In this document: piece by piece, positions 33,530-36,249 of the stretch | Position numbering within the stretch: position 1 is the first letter of the stretch | Layout: the number at the start of each line of letters is the position of its first letter | DNA from: a virus | Lineage: Duplodnaviria > Heunggongvirae > Uroviricota > Caudoviricetes | Reading direction: 5' to 3' (one strand) | Virus record (IMG/VR): IMGVR_UViG_3300043410_001642 | Span: 105,120-141,368 of that record | DNA length: 36,249 nt | Translations under genes and position numbers: made by a program | The notes under the pieces: generated by a model | Databases searched by the model: none | Told to the model about the DNA's origin: nothing | Seen by the model: only the letters and a program-made list of their open reading frames with translations

Positions 33530-33858
33530 TGAAAGGATATTATTGTATATACGAATGTTCAAAGAATGAATGGTTGTATGAAGGGGTGATGTGGGTGAAG
33601 GATAGGGATTATCATTCACGAACAATTGGAACAAAGCATGCAATTCAAATAAGTCAAGGATATAACTACAATCCAAATTTACCACAAATAGAAGTGATAG
33701 ATACTGAACATGAAATACTATTAACTCCTGGTAGTCAAAAAGTAGATCCAAATCAGTTAATGAAATTTGAAACAATGAATGAAGCTGAAGATTATCTATT
33801 AAAAACATTTTCATCTACAAATGGGCAATTTTATTCAATTCGTAAAATTTACTTCTAA
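33529..33858 (+). CDS. Hypothetical protein
   Basis: ORF track 109 aa. Confidence 0.7.
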   Translation: MKGYYCIYECSKNEWLYEGVMWVKDRDYHSRTIGTKHAIQISQGYNYNPNLPQIEVIDTEHEILLTPGSQKVDPNQLMKFETMNEAEDYLLKTFSSTNGQFYSIRKIYF

Positions 33859-33864
33859 ACTATA

Positions 33865-33896
33865 TTTGGAAAATCCAATAATTTTTCGTATATTTG
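33865..33896 (+). promoter_or_regulatory. Promoter in a hairpin, near-leaderless start
   Basis: TTTGG-aaaat-CCAATA; TATATTTG 33889-33896; ATG 4 nt later. Confidence 0.8.
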
Positions 33897-33900
33897 TTTT

Positions 33901-34086
33901 ATGACAGAATTTAATAATTGGTGTAAGGCGGTGGGAGTATCAACCTTATGCGACTACAATGACCCAAAGATTCTCCGTTGGATTGATAGAATTCAGGCAG
34001 CGAAATCAGTTGAGTTAGTGAATTATCAAAAGAAGTTTTCCGCAACAAACGGAATGATTAAAGAAAATGTAAAATATAAAATCTAA
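33901..34086 (+). CDS. Hypothetical protein
   Basis: ORF track 61 aa. Confidence 0.65.
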   Translation: MTEFNNWCKAVGVSTLCDYNDPKILRWIDRIQAAKSVELVNYQKKFSATNGMIKENVKYKI

Positions 34087-34550
34087 TGGGAGAAAAACAT
34101 ATAGAGGAGTTGTTTAATAAAATGGGATTGGATTACAATTCAATATATGATAAATATGGTCAAAGTATTGCATGGGAAGATATGATTAAAGAAATTGCCG
34201 TATTATTAAACGATGATAAGATTAAAGCTTCTCCTCACTACTTAGTTATTCAAAACTATTCAAAGTTATTGGGTAAATACATATTAGCAGATTCAACTGA
34301 TTATCAAATCACTCAAGTAGAAGAGAATGTTAGAACTTATGATATAGAAGGATTATATAATTCTCAAATGTTTAAGATTTATATTGAAAGAAGCTTTGAT
34401 GAAGGTTGGAATGGATACTTAATCACTTTTGAAGCAGGATTGATAAAAGATAGAAGGCATGTTAGTAAAAAATCTTTAGCTTCTCCATCTGATTTCACAA
34501 CACTTATAGAAACATTTATTACTAATAATTTAATTTCATTACCTTTTTAA
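34086..34550 (+). CDS. Protein with C-terminal LxI(E/K)N-family domain
   Basis: LVIQNYSKLLG...IYIER...SDFTTLI. Confidence 0.65.
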   Translation: MGEKHIEELFNKMGLDYNSIYDKYGQSIAWEDMIKEIAVLLNDDKIKASPHYLVIQNYSKLLGKYILADSTDYQITQVEENVRTYDIEGLYNSQMFKIYIERSFDEGWNGYLITFEAGLIKDRRHVSKKSLASPSDFTTLIETFITNNLISLPF

Positions 34551-34552
34551 TT

Positions 34553-34720
34553 ATGGAAACATTAACAATTGGAGATTTACAAAGTATTGAACTAATTTTA
34601 ACCGAAGCATCAGCTTGGGGATTGAGAGTAGAAGTAGAAGAAACTGCTCAAAAGTATATTGATGAAGGAACTCCGGCAGTTGAAGCATATGAATGGGCAT
34701 ATGGTGATTGGATTAAATAA
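34553..34720 (+). CDS. 55-aa acidic hypothetical protein
   Basis: METLTIGDLQSIELIL...; below track cutoff. Confidence 0.6.
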   Translation: METLTIGDLQSIELILTEASAWGLRVEVEETAQKYIDEGTPAVEAYEWAYGDWIK

Positions 34721-34731
34721 TATTTATTAGT

Positions 34732-34971
34732 ATGAAAATAACTCAACAGCAATTAAACGAAGAGGTTAATCAAACCTTAATTCCATACTTAATGGATTCG
34801 GATATTGCACTTAAGGAAATCATCAAACTCGTTCATTTATATGCAACCGAAAGATTGAATGATTATGAGTGGCAAGAGAACGATAGAGTTATGGGTATTA
34901 TTAAAGATGAAGTTGATAAATTATTACATCCATCATTTGAAGACCGCTTCGGTCCAATATGCTTAAACTAA
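34732..34971 (+). CDS. Hypothetical protein
   Basis: ORF track 79 aa. Confidence 0.65.
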   Translation: MKITQQQLNEEVNQTLIPYLMDSDIALKEIIKLVHLYATERLNDYEWQENDRVMGIIKDEVDKLLHPSFEDRFGPICLN

Positions 34972-34974
34972 GTT

Positions 34975-35100
34975 ATGAAAAGAATTTGGAATTGGATAAA
35001 AGGATTATTTAAGAAAGATGAAATCTTCACATTCATTGTCACCAATAAAGAAGGTGTAGATGAATTGTGGATATATAAAAACGGAAAGCGAGTAAAGTAA
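34975..35100 (+). CDS. 41-aa hypothetical protein
   Basis: MKRIWNWIKGLFKK...; amphipathic N-terminus. Confidence 0.55.
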   Translation: MKRIWNWIKGLFKKDEIFTFIVTNKEGVDELWIYKNGKRVK

Positions 35101-35103
35101 GTT

Positions 35104-35361
35104 ATGCAAAAATTCAAAGTGATTCAATCGGAAAAATGGATTGAATTTTTAGAAGGTTTCGGAGTTGCAATGCGAATATTCTCATTTGGGATGTTGGCAA
35201 TAATGGGCAAAGATACTCCACTATTAACTATGTGGGTAATCAATTCAGTGGATGCGATTATCTTAACATGGTGTGCATGGGAAAGACATAACCGACCATA
35301 TATGATGTTAAACTTCTTTTGGTTGGTAGTAGGTGTAGTTGGAATATTTAATAGTTTATGA
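35104..35361 (+). CDS. Three-TM membrane protein (CBU_0592-like)
   Basis: Three hydrophobic helices, YMMLNFFW motif. Confidence 0.6.
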   Translation: MQKFKVIQSEKWIEFLEGFGVAMRIFSFGMLAIMGKDTPLLTMWVINSVDAIILTWCAWERHNRPYMMLNFFWLVVGVVGIFNSL

Positions 35362-35543
35362 TGTTAAATAAAGAATTGGTTAAATACAATGATGAACTCT
35401 ATTGGGTTTATCGTAAAGTGAAAGTAGAACAGGTTGCAGATGCTACCGCACTAAAAGAATTTTGGATGTGTGATGTGGCGTTACGACAAAGTGAAATCAT
35501 ATTATTTTGCAGACACATACCAAACGCGGAAATTGTAGAATGA
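35358..35543 (+). CDS. Hypothetical protein
   Basis: ORF track 61 aa. Confidence 0.65.
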   Translation: MMLNKELVKYNDELYWVYRKVKVEQVADATALKEFWMCDVALRQSEIILFCRHIPNAEIVE

Positions 35544-35692
35544 GATTTATACAATTAGTAATAATTTATTTGATGTATATGTTATTAACAATCACTTTGT
35601 TACTCGCATACATATTAGGTATATCGGTATATTTTGTAATTTGGCTTTTCGCTAAAAAACTTTTGATTAGAAAAAAATTATTAAAAAAATAA
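35540..35692 (+). CDS. Small membrane protein (start corrected from 35507)
   Basis: ATGA overlap; long hydrophobic stretch. Confidence 0.55.
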   Translation: MRFIQLVIIYLMYMLLTITLLLAYILGISVYFVIWLFAKKLLIRKKLLKK

Positions 35693-35695
35693 AAT

Positions 35696-36037
35696 ATGTG
35701 TTGTAATAACAAAAGAGTAAAGGATGTGGGAACTATTCTTACCGCAAAACATTATGGAACAAAAATATCAGTTGAGTTTGATCATGATGATACTGATTTG
35801 GATGAAGTAATGGAAGGAGTGCAAACTTTAATAATTGGAATGGGGTTTCATAAAGATTCTCTTACCGAATGGATAATGAATAAGGCTTCTACAATTCAAG
35901 ATGAGAGAATTGAGAATGGTGAATTAATGTTTTCAATTGAGGATTTAGATGAGGCAATTGCTGAACATAATTCTATTGAAGAGTTAGATGAAGATGAATT
36001 TGATGATTACGGAATGAGAACACACAACCATGATTAA
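35696..36037 (+). CDS. Acidic hypothetical protein
   Basis: ORF track 113 aa. Confidence 0.7.
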   Translation: MCCNNKRVKDVGTILTAKHYGTKISVEFDHDDTDLDEVMEGVQTLIIGMGFHKDSLTEWIMNKASTIQDERIENGELMFSIEDLDEAIAEHNSIEELDEDEFDDYGMRTHNHD

Positions 36038-36249
36038 ACCTTTCTCAATATTAGATAGTAGAACAAAAGAATGGCAAGATAGAAAGAGATGGTGGATTAA
36101 TACCTACAAAATACAATCAGAGTTAGGTAGAGAGAACACAATATCTAAATCTCGCTTTTGGGATACTGAAGAAAATACCGTCTCCATTTTTGATGCAACT
36201 CTTACTGAAAAAATGTATGAGTGGTTTTGTATCAAAGGGGGTAAAGTAT
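36030..36249 (+). CDS. DNA methyltransferase, N-terminal part (runs off the window)
   Basis: PFSILDSRTKEWQDRKRWW...SELGR...SIFDATLTEKMYEWFC..GGKV precedes the SAM-binding motif in phage MTases. Confidence 0.7.
   Translation, partial: MIKPFSILDSRTKEWQDRKRWWINTYKIQSELGRENTISKSRFWDTEENTVSIFDATLTEKMYEWFCIKGGKV

Overview
AT-rich, gene-dense segment that is most likely part of a large lytic phage infecting Bacteroidota. The evidence is about 90 mostly short ORFs, many TTG(G)-N19/20-TAnnTTT(G/A) Bacteroidota-type promoters, A-rich leaders without Shine-Dalgarno sites, and host-like groES/groEL and clpS. No capsid, terminase or integrase gene is in the window, so the phage call is an inference. The standard genetic code fits. 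Four zones: (1) 1-10.5 kb, a nucleotide/RNA counter-defence-like block with HAD phosphatase, metallophosphoesterase, Pnk-like kinase, Rnl2/DRB0094-type RNA ligase, a Prs-like plus Nampt-like pair (NARP1-like), an NDT-family protein, a DIP1984-like gene followed by a ~200-nt structured RNA, tRNA-Ser(UGA), a 170-nt oversized tRNA-Asp(GUC)-like RNA and APRT; (2) 11-21 kb, groESL, uvsE, clpS, two sulfotransferase-like paralogs, a FeoA-like protein and hypotheticals; (3) 21-27 kb, a divergent early-type region with at least 11 promoters, duplicated promoter-leader cassettes, dyad boxes, micro-ORFs, a DST-repeat lipoprotein and a candidate antisense RNA against the shared early leaders; (4) 27-36 kb, a tandem array of 11 divergent paralogs of one small domain (plus 4 dispersed copies and one stub), an AAA ATPase and a truncated DNA methyltransferase. 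Family names come from motif recognition by eye, not from database searches. RNA structures were folded by hand.
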